DNA of 62,136 nucleotides, counting the filler, from Choristocarpus tenellus KU-1152 (lineage: Eukaryota > Protista > Phaeophyceae), in NCBI GenBank assembly GCA_964200185.2. It is 7 parts of 7 records of this genome, joined end to end, with 100 filler letters (N's around TTAATTAATTAA, not from the genome) between each part and the next. Parts side by side here need not be neighbours in the genome. Positions count along the whole stretch, not along the records: positions 35,970 to 50,581 come from CAXNAD020001151.1; positions 50,682 to 53,818 come from CAXNAD020022058.1; positions 53,919 to 59,450 come from CAXNAD020010504.1; 4 more parts are not named here. One strand, written 5' to 3'. Positions 40,501 to 53,987 of the stretch are shown here, piece after piece. Position 1 is the first letter of the stretch. Each line of letters opens with the position of its first letter. The notes beneath the pieces are model-generated. The model was given only the letters and a program-made list of their open reading frames with translations. It made no database searches and was not told the origin of the DNA. A program made the translations under genes and the position numbers.

Positions 40501-42100
40501 TCCTGGATCTCAGAGCTGAGAGAGTAAGAGAGAGGGACATTCTGTAGTACAAGAAAGCGACAGGGTAAAAAGGATTATGACTTGTTTGATTCAGATAGAA
40601 AAAAAGGCCTTTGCGCACTCAGGATGGAGGTGGGGGAAGGGAAGGAGTTAGGATATTGGCAGTAACCAAGGTCTCAAGAAGGCATGGTGTTGAAGCAGAC
40701 CAATAGGTAGCGCAACGAATCATAGCAGTCCTTCAACATGCTCGAGAGTTTTGCTCAACTAGCTCATGCGGCACAATTTTTTCTGTGTTTACTATGGACA
40801 CAGTGGCTCAGAAACAGTGTGTGGTGGAGCCTCAGTAGGAAAGCAACAGCGAGGGCCCAGGAGAAGGCAGATCTGTGTTGAAAATTGAGATGTTGCACTC
40901 CATAATTGTACTCGTGGAGGGTGTAATAACTGGACTAAATATTTATGTCAGTCAGAAGTGAGTGCATGAGAGTGTTTTTGCAGTACCAGCAAGCAAGGTC
41001 AAAAGAATAAAATAAACAACTCTTGGGGAATCACTGTTCCCATTCAATAATGTTTGTACCTCTTTTCCCATTGACAATATCAAACTCAAGGCAGCTTCAC
41101 CTGAACACACTATGGGGTTGACATACACCACACACAGACACTAGGGCGGCTAGCAGCTGATGCGAGCTTGATAGGAAAGCTAAGCAATGTGAGTATCCTC
41201 CTCCATCGGCTGCACACAATAAAATTACTTTACACCTTGATCGTCCTAGCAATTTGTCACTTGATTTTGCGGTTTGGCTGTCTCGCGACGAGAGTTTATT
41301 GAACATGACCATGGACCCACCATGGTAAACTCTTCCCAACCCTAGTGCAAGGGTTAAACGTACCCTGTTGCGAGAGGGAGGACTAGGCAGGCCTTGACGT
41401 TGGTTAGCCCTGTAACCCTCAAGGCGTCCATGGCAAGAGCCTGGCATAGCTTGGCCAGCAAAGAGGATCCCGCAGCCTTCGGTTGCACTTCGGCAACGTC
41501 ACCAGATCTTCCGACTCCATGAGAAAATCGGTAGTTCCTTCGAGAGACCAGTCCGCAGTATACCTGTTGTGCGAGTAACAGGGGTGAGCAGGCAATTTAG
41601 ATGCCTCTTGGTCACCTGTGCAAGTTCTTGTGCAAGCAGGAAGTCAGCAAGATAGTGCGAGGTCTCCATAGTTTAAGAGAATAGCATTTTCTTGGGTCTA
41701 AGGAGTAAGAGCATTTAATTGATTAACACGTCAGGTGGCAGGCGGTTTGTGACTCACCCTGCCCTCCCTCTCGCCCACACCCACATTATCCACAAAGTTG
41801 TTACTATCCATTAGGGACAGCTCGGTGAGAAGGTATTCTATCTCAGCGTCATCCCAGCCACATCGAGGAAGCCTTCGGTTCGACAGCAGCGATGTCACCT
41901 GAAATGGCGGAACATAAGACCAGAAGTAGTTGTTCGGGTTGGAAATGGAGATGGGAGTTTTAAGGGGAAGCAAATATGTTGTCCGAGCCCAGCCTTCGTT
42001 TCAATACCATCTTCCGCCTGCTATTTAGGGCTTGCTCGGCTTGATTAACATAAGATGCCTTGACCAGGGTCCTGGCCCGCTCCAACCCCTTGCCATTCAT
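36379..42100 (-). CDS. SEPSECS: O-phosphoseryl-tRNA(Sec) selenium transferase (SepSecS); 8 exons visible, 3' end missing at contig edge
   Basis: Exons 42100-42008, 41898-41758, 41563-41364, 40541-40391, 40013-39894, 38533-38433, 37794-37683, 36509-~36379. Diagnostic motifs: [25 protein letters not shown]...[66 protein letters not shown] (PLP lysine), YAGRAS. Confidence 0.95.
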
Positions 42101-43708
42101 GGATGTAGGGAGAAGTAGGAACAAGTTGTACACTCCTGGATTCTCCTGAAGATTGGACAACCTATAATTTTGAAAATCGATCATGTCACATTTAACTTAC
42201 GTGCAACTTGGAGATTGGTAGTACTCCCCAAAAAACAATATGGCAAGCAAATTGCTACCCATGGTAAGTCCAACAGGCCAGCGTGAAACCTTCAAGACGA
42301 ATGGTGACGATGAGGGTCACCTAGGAGCAAGCGAAATGGCTCGGAGGAAAGCGCTGGAGGGCGCTCACGGAGAAGGGATGAAGATGTCTTGGGTTGAATC
42401 TGTCCTGCTGGGTGTTGGCAAGGAGGAGGATCTGGAACCTGAGGCCCATCTGCAGACCCCCGCACGTGGAATCTCTTCTACAGTGAGAGACAAAACGTTC
42501 CCTTGTCCTGGAAAAGTCTAGTACCACTGCTCCCTCTGCAATATTGCAACCGGCGAGTTCGCCTAAGGCATGGATCCAGTCGAACACATTGGTCGTCTGA
42601 ACTGGTTTAAAATTTGGTAAATCCTTTATAGCTGTCGCTAGAGGAACTCGAAAACGTACTTCCACTTGGAATGGAAAGTTGTCCAACAGAATGGGATTTC
42701 TACATATTCAACTAGTCACAAGTCGACCTTCTGAAGCAAACACCTGTTAGTCCAAAACCTATTTGAGTCTGCCAGATTTGATGTAAATCCTGCTCTCCCT
42801 TCCATTCTTCTAGTGCAAATTGTTACAAAATATCGCGATGTCAGCGCTTCATTCGTGATATATACCTCTGTGTACCACAGCCTGCAACTGTGCTTTTGCT
42901 TTGCTACTTCTCGGCCTTGGTCATGGTGCAGGGAAGGAAATTGATGAGTAACTGTACTTGGTGCTGGTAGTGGAGGGGAGTTAGGAGAGGCCCTTCGTGA
43001 TCTGTTTCCGCAAAGTCTACATTACTTCAGTGACTCGTTGCTTTGGGTGGCTTAGGGAACATGCTTTGACTTGTTGGACTTCAAGGTGTTGCAGTTGTCT
43101 TCCAGCCAGTATTCATGCATTTTTACACTGTTGTGTGATAGTAGCGCGGCGATGTGCAGAGTGCGATTAGATAACCTAGATCCCAGATGGCAAACTCTAT
43201 GACCCAGTAAATTCTTTATATTGGAAATCAGAACAAACACAATTTTTAATCTGCACCCCTTCAAGGCAAGCGGGAGTAGGGACAAATAGTCGAACGCAGG
43301 AAACCCAGCCTTCGATTGCAACCTCGTGTTGACTTTGATCGGCGGGCTGGACCGTACTCTAAATCCAATATTGCAATACCTTCTGCCAATGATTTCATTT
43401 CTCCCTTCACCTTACCTGCAGAGCAAATGGTGTACACCACTGTACCTCAAGAGCCTTATCAAAAGGGGGTATATTTGTACTTGTAGAACGTACTGCAACA
43501 CGTTGCTACTCTTGGAGGGCTCTTGCAAGGATTCTCTCTGCACCCTCCAATCACCTTTACCTTGCTAAGGGCCATGCGCTGTAAACCTCTTACTCAATTA
43601 CACACGATTCCCACTCTCTCTCAGTTCAGAGAATGAAGGCAACCAACTCACAACATCTTCACGCCCTCTGCCCTGCTCCCTCAGCCAGCTGAGCCACTGC
43701 CACCGGGA

Positions 43709-46700
43709 ATGGAGCCTGTTCAGGAACGCCCCTCAGCAGAATTAATTGCAAGGAGAGAGTTAGATCTGAAGCAGCAACTCCAAATTCTTTTGCGCTGCTC
43801 AGATAGTGCCGATTCCCTATCGTCACTACTTACTAAGGCATCGGCCGAAGGCGTTGACCTCCCGCGATGGCTGGGCACACCTGTGTTTCCCAAGGGTCGA
43901 ACTGCACTGATGGAAGCCGCACTCCGAGACCGCCCACGCTGTGTTGCCACACTCGTAGGTGCATCAGCAAGGGTCAACGACCAGAACCACCAGAATGGTG
44001 ACTACACAGCCATTCACTACGGAGCCTACTACGGAGCTGCAGGAGCAGCCCTTGAGCTTCTTGTCCACGGCGCTGACCCGCACATAAGGAACAAGCATGG
44101 TGAGACAGCACTTCAGTCTGCGTGCCAGGCCTCCCGCCACGAGTGCGCAGACGTGGTGAGGGACTTCCTACGCCGGCCTGTCTTTGCAACGGAAGATAGG
44201 AGCTCATGGTGCCGGAGTAGGACAGGTAAGAACAATTCCAAGGGACCAGGGGGATGTGCCTCAGAACATAAGAATGCTGGAGTTGCCGAGGTGGCTCAGG
44301 CAAATGTGGTGTACTGCTTGGGTCGAAAAAGGCGGCGGATGGGGGCTGGCTGTGCCATGGGCAGGTGTGGACTTGGTGTTGGGGTAGGAACGGTGTGGGC
44401 AGACATCCGACTAGCGCTTTGGAGGGGGTTAAGGCTGCACTCAATTAATCCTTTTGCTGGGACAGCTGCAGAGCAGTACATATTTCAATCAATTGCCTCT
44501 GGACAGGATCCGTTCTCTGGGGAAGGAGGACCAGCAAGGACAGGGATGAGGGGTGTCGGAGTGTCGGATGAGGTCAAGGACGGGGATATGGGTAATGTTA
44601 CTGACCTATGGCTCGAGCATTATGTGCGGGTGTACAATGCGAGGTGAGCTGAGCATAGTTGAAGCAAAGAAAGTGGATGACCACTGATTAAATGAAATTT
44701 AATGTAGCACAAGTGCTCGTGGAGTACATTGACTGCCTGGATGCTACTGGATGGAGGAAAATATCTCAGTGTGGTAGTAGAGCCCATTACTCGCGCTATG
44801 TGGGCACCCTCTTCCTCATTGCCCCTGCGGCAGTTGTTAGATTGCATCGCCTCATTGCCCACCTTCAAAAAAAAAAAAAATACCCCCCAAATGACATTTG
44901 TCATGCTCCTTTGACCATTGTGACTACTTGATCGCGCTGCTAGCATCTGGGCGTGGCATCTCAAAGAGAATCCTCCTGAGGGAGAGATGGATGTGAACCT
45001 GGAAAAGAGTGCAGGGGTCAAGGCAGGAAAGAACTCCGATGATGGTGAAGTGGCAACGGGAATGATGAAGGATGTGGGAGAGGGGCTGGGGGCCGATTTT
45101 GTTCTTGTGGTGCAGGAGAGCAAGTCTCTGGCTCCAGGGAGGCGTTTTGAGCTGCCTTGTGGTTCAGAGATTGTGGTTGGGCGAAGCCATCACCTCAGTC
45201 AACTTGTGATAAAGGACGACAAGGTGAGATGTCAGAGTGGGTAAAAGCCGTTTTGTTTAGCAGGAGTTCACACACGCAGAATTGTGTTCTTTGTGCAAGT
45301 GGTATGCTGATGAAAGGCACGTGTATAAATATTGTTTGCTCCTGAGAGAGGTGCTTGACAGCACTTGATCGATGAAAGGAAAGAAATTGATTTGCTGCAT
45401 CTCATTTCATGCTGAAGTTGGCAGTGGTTAAAAGATTGTTTTTGTATGTTCTTTTTCTGTTTTGAAAAATTGTGGACAATACAGACCCTCAGTACTCCCT
45501 TGACAGGAATTCATATATTTTGTTGTCTATATATTTGCGGAGCAAGGGCAATCTCTCTATGTATGGAGTACTTCCTTTTCAATCAGGGGGGATAGGGGGG
45601 GCAACACGTTTAGCGGCAGAGGGTCAGAGGGGGGGGGCTAGTATAGCAGGCGGTTTGGTGGAAATCATGTTACTGGTCATTTTTATATGCCCAACAAGAG
45701 GCTCAACTAAAATCGATACCATATACATCGGAAGAATATTCTATAAAATCTAGTTTGTCAACTCATAGCAATTGAACTCTAATTCAAATCATCTATAATT
45801 TCTAAGTTGTGCTTAATTTTACCAAAAACTATTTTAAGCTCTTCAATTTAGTATTTCAAAGTATATATATATATATATATAACGGACACAATTCAGGAGA
45901 TGCAGGAAAGGTGTCAAGGACGCTACACAATTTGTGCATGCTTCCACAAAACACAAAACACAGACCCCTCCAGTTACGTCTCCTTCCACAATCCTGAGCT
46001 CTTCAGTGCTGTTTTCCAGTCATGTCTATGCTGCTGATTGCAGCAATGTAACCTATCAATTGACCTGACGGCATCCTAATCTAACTAGCCATTTTGCATG
46101 CCCTTCCCCCAGTCAACCCCCTCAACACTTCCCTGCAGCCCACACCCCAAATCACTACACCAAGGCCTGAACCTCGCCCACGTCATGGCTTGACACCCTA
46201 ACCCTATTCAATTCAGTCGTACCCGTATTTTCATACCCAGTACCACATTCCCTCCACACCTCCACACACCCCCACCCTACCCAACCTTGATCTGCCACCC
46301 ATGGATACATATCCTTTCCAGGTGAGCAAGGCCCACCTCCGCCTCACAGTATCCCCAGACCTTGGATTGCGAGCCACTGACCTCTGCAGCAAGCACGGCT
46401 CCATCATTCAGAAGCCCGATCCCAACTCAACCACGCCTTCCACCACCTTGGAAAACTCAGAGGCGATGGCCGGGCTCGGAGTTGAAAAAGGTCTCGATAC
46501 TGGCAGAACACCAGAAGCGAGTTGCAAGGTATTCCCCATCCCCATACCCCGGGAGCCAGAATGGGTGACTGGAGCTGACGGTGACCGAATCAAAGTGGGT
46601 CAGACTGTGCTGAGGATAGAGAGGGTCATGGTCGAGCGCCGGGCGGTGACACCGGGAGGTAGGTCTGAGGTGGTGGAAACCTCTGCTGCAGGAGCGGGTA

Positions 46701-49369
46701 TCAGCTCTCGTCCGAGAACGAAGATGGTGAAACCGTCAGTCATCTCCAAGGGCTTCAGAATGAACCCAAACCTGGTGAGCTCGTGAATCCACTCGCTCGA
46801 TTCGGAGCCATGCAACACGACAACAACAATGAATAAATAAATGAAAAAATTAAAAAAAATTAAATGGTGTGATGCTTGTTTGGATGATGGGCGGTGGAGG
46901 GGTTCATGGGTTTTTGTTTATGAAGCGTTCTATTGCCTCAGAGAGAAGTGTTTGCCTCCGAGACGTCATAGAGAAGATTAGTTCCCGAGTTGGGTGCTCT
47001 TCCCTTCGCCGGGAACTGAGCCCTTCTTCGCCTCGAGCGGTCCGCCTCGAGTTTCACGTTTGGTCGGGAGGTTCCTCCCCTGTGCCCTTTGTTCGGTTGT
47101 GTTCTACCGAATTTGCAACTTCCACCTCTGTGCTGTTTTGAGATAGCTGCCGGATGTGTCACAGGGGAGCTACATGAGCTTTTGAGATGCATTTGCAATG
47201 CTCCACCTCCCCCCCTTGGTGCATCGACCCTTTTCTGTCTTTGTTGTGGCTGTAACCTGTCGATTGCCTTCACTGCCCCCATTGACTGCCCATGTGTTTG
47301 TCAACCCCTTCGAAATATTGTATTTTTTACAGTTTGATGCCATCAGACTCTCCAGGGAAGTGGCGAGTATAATGCACAAGAAACGGGGCCTCACAGCAGC
47401 AGAGCATGACGGAGACAAGAGGCGAGTGACGGTATTATCACACCACTCGGGTGACGCCTTATCCACTATTCTGTATAGACCACCCTACCCTTTCCCTTTC
47501 CCTCTCCCCCTCCCCCTCCCTCTCCCAGTAATTGTCCCCCTAGACCTGGCATCCCCTTGTCAACTTCCAATCATTCATCTATGGGTGTTGTATGTAGTCA
47601 TATACCATTGGTTGAGCACCACAACTGCCCTCTTAAAGTTGTGATAAGCCTAACCGCCCCGCCTCCACAGTAGGCCTGCCAACCCCTTCCACCCTCTCCC
47701 GGCCCTGAATCTCTGTGCTGTGCTGTGCTCTGCTGCTCTCTCAGGCTCCGCTCGACTGCACCCTCAATGCCCTTGCCTCTGGGCTCACCAACTGCAAGAG
47801 AAGGGGGAGGGGGGGGGGAGGGTGCCGTAGGGACAGTAATTGGCAGGGAGAGACCGCCAAACTTCGATCACATTTTGAGGGGAAACGTGCTGCTGAAGCG
47901 GCTGGGCTGGAAGGAGGGGGAGGGACTCGGTCGAACATCAACGGGCCGCCTCGAGCCTGTTGAGGTGAGAGGTGTAAGAGGGCACACACCGGGTTGTTGT
48001 TTGGCAGTGTGTGAGTCCGCACTCCAACTGCGGCAGGATAGGGCTACCTGTGTGCACGCCTGGTCAGATCTTATTGTTCTGTAACTGACAACATTGCTGG
48101 CAGTGGAACCAGTGTGGTCCTCCGGGGGGGGGGTGTTGTGGTGATGTCGAAGTTCACTGGGAGGTCGCTAGGTTCTATTGGGGGGTTTTTGTATTTTTGT
48201 GTTAGGGTTAGGGTCATCGTCTATCATGCACGATTTTCAATGATGTTGTAAGTGGAGAATGTAAGTGGTTTTGAGCCTGTTGGGAGTGTGAGAGGTTATA
48301 TATATATATATATATATTTATTTATTTTTTAGCTTGATGGACAATGCCAAACTTGGAGTTTTTTATGTACCATTGTGGAGGTTCCATTGGTATTGTATTG
48401 GTCCTACCCATATTGTCACTTCTTGCCGGTGCAGTTGTTCAAACCAGAATACTGCAGTGGACAAAGGCTAGTGTTTATTTATTAACTTTTTTACTGGTTC
48501 TTAGAAGCAGGGCAGACACGTGAAAGGTTGTTTTGAGTAAAAGTATCTAAGAGGGTACGAGGTTTGCCCTGTTTGTCCATTTGGGGCTTGGCTTCCCATG
48601 GGGTTTTTTTATGGCATTTTCCTATTCCAAAATGTTTCGGGGTAGGTAAAATGTATACGTTATGAAAAGGTGTGTTTGGAACAAGGATATTGAGACTTCG
48701 TAACAAACGCAATAGCCTAAATTACATCAAAATCGGAACATTGGATTTTGGCCCCCAAAAGGACACGGCTCTACCCTCTAAAATATTTTGACTCTTTATA
48801 GACTATGTTCTTCATGTTGATCACAACTTATTTTCTAAGGATTACGAACCCATCCACGACTTTCCGTTCTACCTCAAGGATGTGATGTAGTTCTTTCAGT
48901 CCGGAGGTCTCCATTGCCTTCCCCACCTCCTTTCTTCTTCGCCTCAATATAGTGTCACATGTTACACTTCAAGTTTTTAGTCCATTGTGTCGCTGTGTCA
49001 CCACAATCTCATTTGCACCTCTTGCAAAGCTTGATTGAATGTGTTTCCGCCTTCACGATGGAGCTCTTTCCCCTCTCTTGCACTCCCTTTCCCCTTCTTC
49101 ACGTTTGCCTTGCCAAATCTGCAATGCCTGCTGATATACCCCCCCATCCTTTCCTTGGCAAGGTGGAACGACGGGTTGATCGAGAGGGGCTGGGAGCTGC
49201 CCCAGCCGGCCCGTATGCTCTGGGTAGTGATGGGCGAATCAGCAAATGGGAGCGCATGCGACAAAGATTCAATCGAGAAGAGGGGTTCCATGGTAGTAGT
49301 TTGTCATGGAGGGGTCAGGGTGGGAAGGACTGGCAAAAGGGTGGAGTTGAAGGTGGACAAGGGCATTGA
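43709..49369 (+). CDS. Ankyrin-repeat + FHA + G-patch domain protein (~727 aa), 6 exons
   Basis: Exons 43709-44643, 44944-45223, 46322-46774, 47333-47421, 47745-47964, 49163-49369, phase-consistent (intron 4 needs a GC donor). ANK: GRTALMEAA, YTAIHYGAYYG, GADPHIRNKHGETAL; FHA: IVVGRS..LVIKDDKVSKAH..TDLCSKHGS..DGDRIKVGQTVL; G-patch: RGNVLLKRLGWKEGEGLGRTSTGRLEPVEVERRVDREGLG. Confidence 0.85.
48535..48794 (+). mobile_element. MITE family A copy
   Basis: TSD TTT; inside intron 5 of the ANK-FHA-G-patch gene. Confidence 0.9.
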
Positions 49370-50581
49370 GTTTGACATTTGCCCACCATACCTGATGCAC
49401 CTGCGCGCTATTGCAGCATTTTTGAGTTCAAGGCTCTATAGAGGGAGGGGGGGGAGAAGGAATGGGGGTACATGACATGGTTTCCATTTTCTTCAACCAT
49501 CAACGTAGAAATGGGCTTGCTCATGTGGGGTGGTTGGATAGATTGTAATGAGGGGCGGAACCCATGTTTGTTGTGTGAAGTCCTCTGTATACAGAGCACA
49601 CATGTACTATGCAGGCAGAAGTGTGACTTGGTTCTGTGGTACAATCCCAACATTGCTCTAGGGTCACGTTTCTCACAAGGAAATTACTGGCCTTGTTTAA
49701 GCACTCACCTTCAATAATTTTAGACAAATCTACTTCCTGGATCCATTTCCGCCATTTGTAGCTCAACTTGAGCACGAGTACATGCTTTTATTCCGACTTA
49801 CTTTGATACTACTCTAACCGATCTTTGCCTGACTCGTGCACCTAAAATGAGTAGGGCATGATCCTTCAGTGTGTGCATGGATGGCTAGAGAAAGAGACAG
49901 GAACAAAAAATGGAAGTAGTCCCCAAGATATTTTATCTCTCTCTCTCTCTCTCCATTTGTGAAGACATTTATAACATCATTCTAGCACATTTAATGCACA
50001 CTGCAGACCATCGACGTAATAGAGCTTTACAACAAGTTGTACTTCAAAGTATCTTACATGAATATATATATACATACTTTGCCCTGGTGGTATCAATATA
50101 CACACACATCCTATCTTCTAAATTTCCCCTCCCCTGATGCTTTTTATATTGATCCTAGTTGCTACTTGGACCTTCCCTCGTAAGTATGTGGTTTCTTTTT
50201 TTTATGTCGCTCAGGTTTTTGACCGCTATTCTTCACATGGACGACTCTTAGAAAGTGATTAATTCTCTTTGGCATATTTGTCTAATCATATGCACAGCAA
50301 TATTGGTGCACATAAGATGTACATACCCTTTTATTGTTGCCACCAGCTACTACTCTATTGTATGGGATTCACAGATAGTGCTACTTCCGTGAAACAGAGC
50401 TTTTGAAATTGCGCAAGGACCTCAAATTTAGGGTATGGTGAGTCACCGTTTGTATTTGCGCACGCTTTCTAGACGCACAATTGTATGGATCCCTAAAAAA
50501 CGGAATAATCGGGATCAAACAGAGGATTTTCAAAATTGGGGATGGAGCGGGACTACGAGGATGGTTGTTTTGCGAAAACGG

Positions 50582-50681
50582 NNNNNNNNNNNNNNNNNNN
50601 NNNNNNNNNNNNNNNNNNNNNNNNNTTAATTAATTAANNNNNNNNNNNNNNNNNNNNNNNNNNNNNNNNNNNNNNNNNNNN
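50582..50681. other. Artificial contig-joining spacer
   Basis: Same spacer. Confidence 0.97.
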
Positions 50682-53244
50682 ACGTGTGCCTTTCCGATCC
50701 CCTGATTTTGGTCCAAATGGACACCCTAGTGTAGATCCCCCCCCCCCCCCCAGATACTTTGGGTCATATGTATCACTAAGAAGAAACAAAGCATCCTCAA
50801 GATTCATATCAACAAGAGTTCAGCCAAGCGACCAAGAGAAAGCAGGAAACGTCCATCACCAAGAGGCCTAGGACTCAATCAGCTCAACCCTGTTGTGACA
50901 TACATCTGCATAATATCTATTCGTCCAATGCATCCTACCCTACTCGTAGCACCTCTCATCAAGGCAGTTGATGAAGCGATGATCATCTCTTCCAGAGCTG
51001 TCCTGCACATCGAAAACACAAGTCTTGAAGCGCACTTGCATTCTCATCTGCTCATTTTTTCTGATCGTTTATACTCATTCCTTTCGACATTTCCATCCCC
51101 CATTATATTGTGCAGGGCGTACAGCACATATGTCGACGCACTAACCTTCTACACTGTAACGTATGTGTACCCTGGGTAAGTTGTCACGTGACTAGAATGT
51201 CCAAGTTTGCTGATCAAATTATTGAAATGTCCGAATGTAGTGTGATGAATAATTTCATTCCCTACTTCATTACCCCATCCACTTGCTTTGTGCGGGTGTT
51301 CTAACACCTTTGCATAGTTTATGCACAAAAAGCGAGTTTCGGAGACAGGCAAGAAGATGACCCCGACCGCTTGTGCATATTGCTCCCATTCCTGGGAAAA
51401 CGAAATATCATTCAAATCGTGTATTACTTTTGCGAAGTGTTTTAGAGCGAATTGATTGACCTGCGCATGGTGTTTCAATCTGATAGTGTAACCATCACAC
51501 ACGATACTCTTCTACGTATTTTTCTACATCATCAAGAAGATGTGCGCATCAGCATTGAGTAATGCGTGAACAATTTTCTCGTTTCAAATGTTAGTGTATT
51601 TCTTGGATTATAGTTGGCCACACCACAAAATAATTTCCATTATATCTCTACCACATCCAAAATTAGTGTTTCACCTCAAGAGGTTTCGAAAAATGAGCAA
51701 ACAGGAGAGGTATGCTTCCCTTCACATCTCCAAGTTCCTGTATGGAATAGTAGTAGTTACGCAGTAGTAAACCGCCCTGAGGAATAGCTAGTCACTCAAA
51801 CGGGGAGTCAACATGCTGGATATTATACATGGCATGGAAAGCGAAACAACAAATAATATTTATTCAAAACAAAAGCGGATGTAACGTTTTGAGTCAGAAT
51901 GCACACACTTCTACAGTAGTTAGTAAGGAGCACCAATAGGTCGAATTGCATACACCTCCAAGAATGTGAAAAATAAGTTTGGAAAAGACAATTAATGCCC
52001 ATCATTATTTTTTTCTACTACTGTAGAGTATTTGATATACACAATCAACTACCCTCCATACATCTTTACACATATCATATATGTGTAGTATAGACCAGTA
52101 GGAACAAGAAATACATACTGCAAATTATAGTGGATACAGCAACACAATAGAAATATGATACACTACGTGACAATTCCATATTCCCTGGAACAGCGATCCA
52201 ACATGGATGTGCAACCTCCCGTCTTGTTACTAACGAGTTTTGCCAAAGATTAGTGTGATGGCAACATTTTGACTTTATGCTACTTGTTTTTCCATCTACG
52301 GCACCACCAGTACTTTGGGAGAAAAAATAACTTACGCTTGCTCAATAAACCAACACATGGTGATAGACATGAACCATATAATGACGAAGGCAGGATATGC
52401 CACTCATGCGATGCTTCTACCTGCTACAGTGTAAACAGGAAGATCGACCCTGCTTTTCGACTAATCTGAAGCCACTCAAAGCAACCACCCCTCGATTTTA
52501 CAAGATAATATCGACAATAATAATTGAAATCGCAAAGTCCTTCTTACTACACCCCTCGCATAACCTGGCTCCACCAAGTTGTTGTCTTAAATCAAATCCA
52601 CCTGAATATGTCCTCCCGAATCATGATGTTCACTTGAAATATGCATCATGCCACTGCACAGCACATGCGTTTGGTCCCAGCATTACCTGACAAACTTACG
52701 AATTAGACCAGGACACAAACAGGAAAGGGTTTAGGCCCGTTCTTTTAGTAGCATAGACCATGCGCACCAAAATGGCTTGTATATTTTATATGAGATTTAG
52801 AATGTCAAAAAATACGTATCACTTGAAAAAAATGTTCGGATTTCACTAACCGTATGGTAGCAAAATCAACCAAAATCGACCAAACCGATTTGCTTGTATG
52901 TAAGCCCCCCTAGGACAAGACATGCCCGCGAATATAGAGGTTCTCTGACGACATATGTATATACGCACAGACGACCTCAACCCTCTAGACGCAAATTCTT
53001 TTGAGTAGCCTGAGGCTCACCGGTCAAGAAGTAGTTGCATACTTCTGGGTCAAATTACTACAGAGTTCTGTTTGCCTTCTTCAACACCCATGACCACTAA
53101 GCGCTTGAAACATCTACGATATATATACTCTGTGCCATAAGTTTGTGCCGCGAAACATCTGGGTTCGCCGAGCGAGAACGGCGCCGAATTGGACGATAAC
53201 CCCACAGAATGAAATCGAGTTGACAATATCAGCTTTCAGAAAAG

Positions 53245-53755
53245 GTGGGGTCGAGGACTATCAGGTACAAGCTCGAGGCGCTTCAAGCCACCAAAGTAGG
53301 GGTCTTTTGGGGTGATCTTGAGGCCAGAACTGGGCATGTCAAGGGTCAGAACGTCGGCATGGCAACCTCCCCGTCGACCGTCCTGTGTAGGAAGGGTGCC
53401 CAAGTGTCTATCAATACCAGGTTTGCGCTTGCAGTGCGGCACGCCCTCATGATGGTCCCTGGTGAGCATAAACTGCCACAAAACGTTAGGCCGGCCCTCG
53501 CAGCGGAGTTTGGAGTGTCCGAGCAATACATGCGAGGGCTCTGGGAGGACGTCGCCAATCAGCTTACCCGAGGCCACACCCTTGACCTAGGGGTGGCGTC
53601 ACGTAGTGGGCGACCTTCAGAGCTCACATCAACCAAGATGGCCGCAATACATAATATCAACTCCGATAATCCGTCGCCCACGGTGCGTCAGGTGACAATC
53701 AAGATGGCCGCCAAGGGGCTGAATTACAGCACGAGCACCATAAACAGGTGGTTGG
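53245..53755 (+). mobile_element. Tc1/mariner (IS630-like) transposase N-terminal fragment, interrupted by an LTR at 53756
   Basis: First HTH LAAEFGVSEQYMRGLW, linker RSGRP, second HTH NPSPTVRQV....GLNYSTSTINRWL; the frame runs into the LTR end before any DDE domain. Confidence 0.68.
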
Positions 53756-53818
53756 TGTTAAAGTATCCCCAAAATCATCAAAGAGGATAAAGATGATAAA
53801 CCCGACGAGATTGCTTGG

Positions 53819-53918
53819 NNNNNNNNNNNNNNNNNNNNNNNNNNNNNNNNNNNNNNNNNNNNTTAATTAATTAANNNNNNNNNNNNNNNNNNNNNNNNNN
53901 NNNNNNNNNNNNNNNNNN
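53819..53918. other. Artificial contig-joining spacer
   Basis: Same spacer. Confidence 0.97.
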
Positions 53919-53987
53919 CAGACACCAAGCAATCTCACCGGGTTTATCACCTTTATCCTCTTTGATGATTTTGGGGATATTTTAACA

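Noticed and set aside
50895-52690. AT-rich ORF fragments as an endogenous giant-virus insertion
   Set aside because: No recognisable viral hallmark motif and the ORFs are short and broken; needs a BLASTX search to support.
53756-53987. Apparent inverted repeat spanning the gap
   Set aside because: Two unrelated contigs each end in the same LTR subfamily; the palindrome is created by concatenation.
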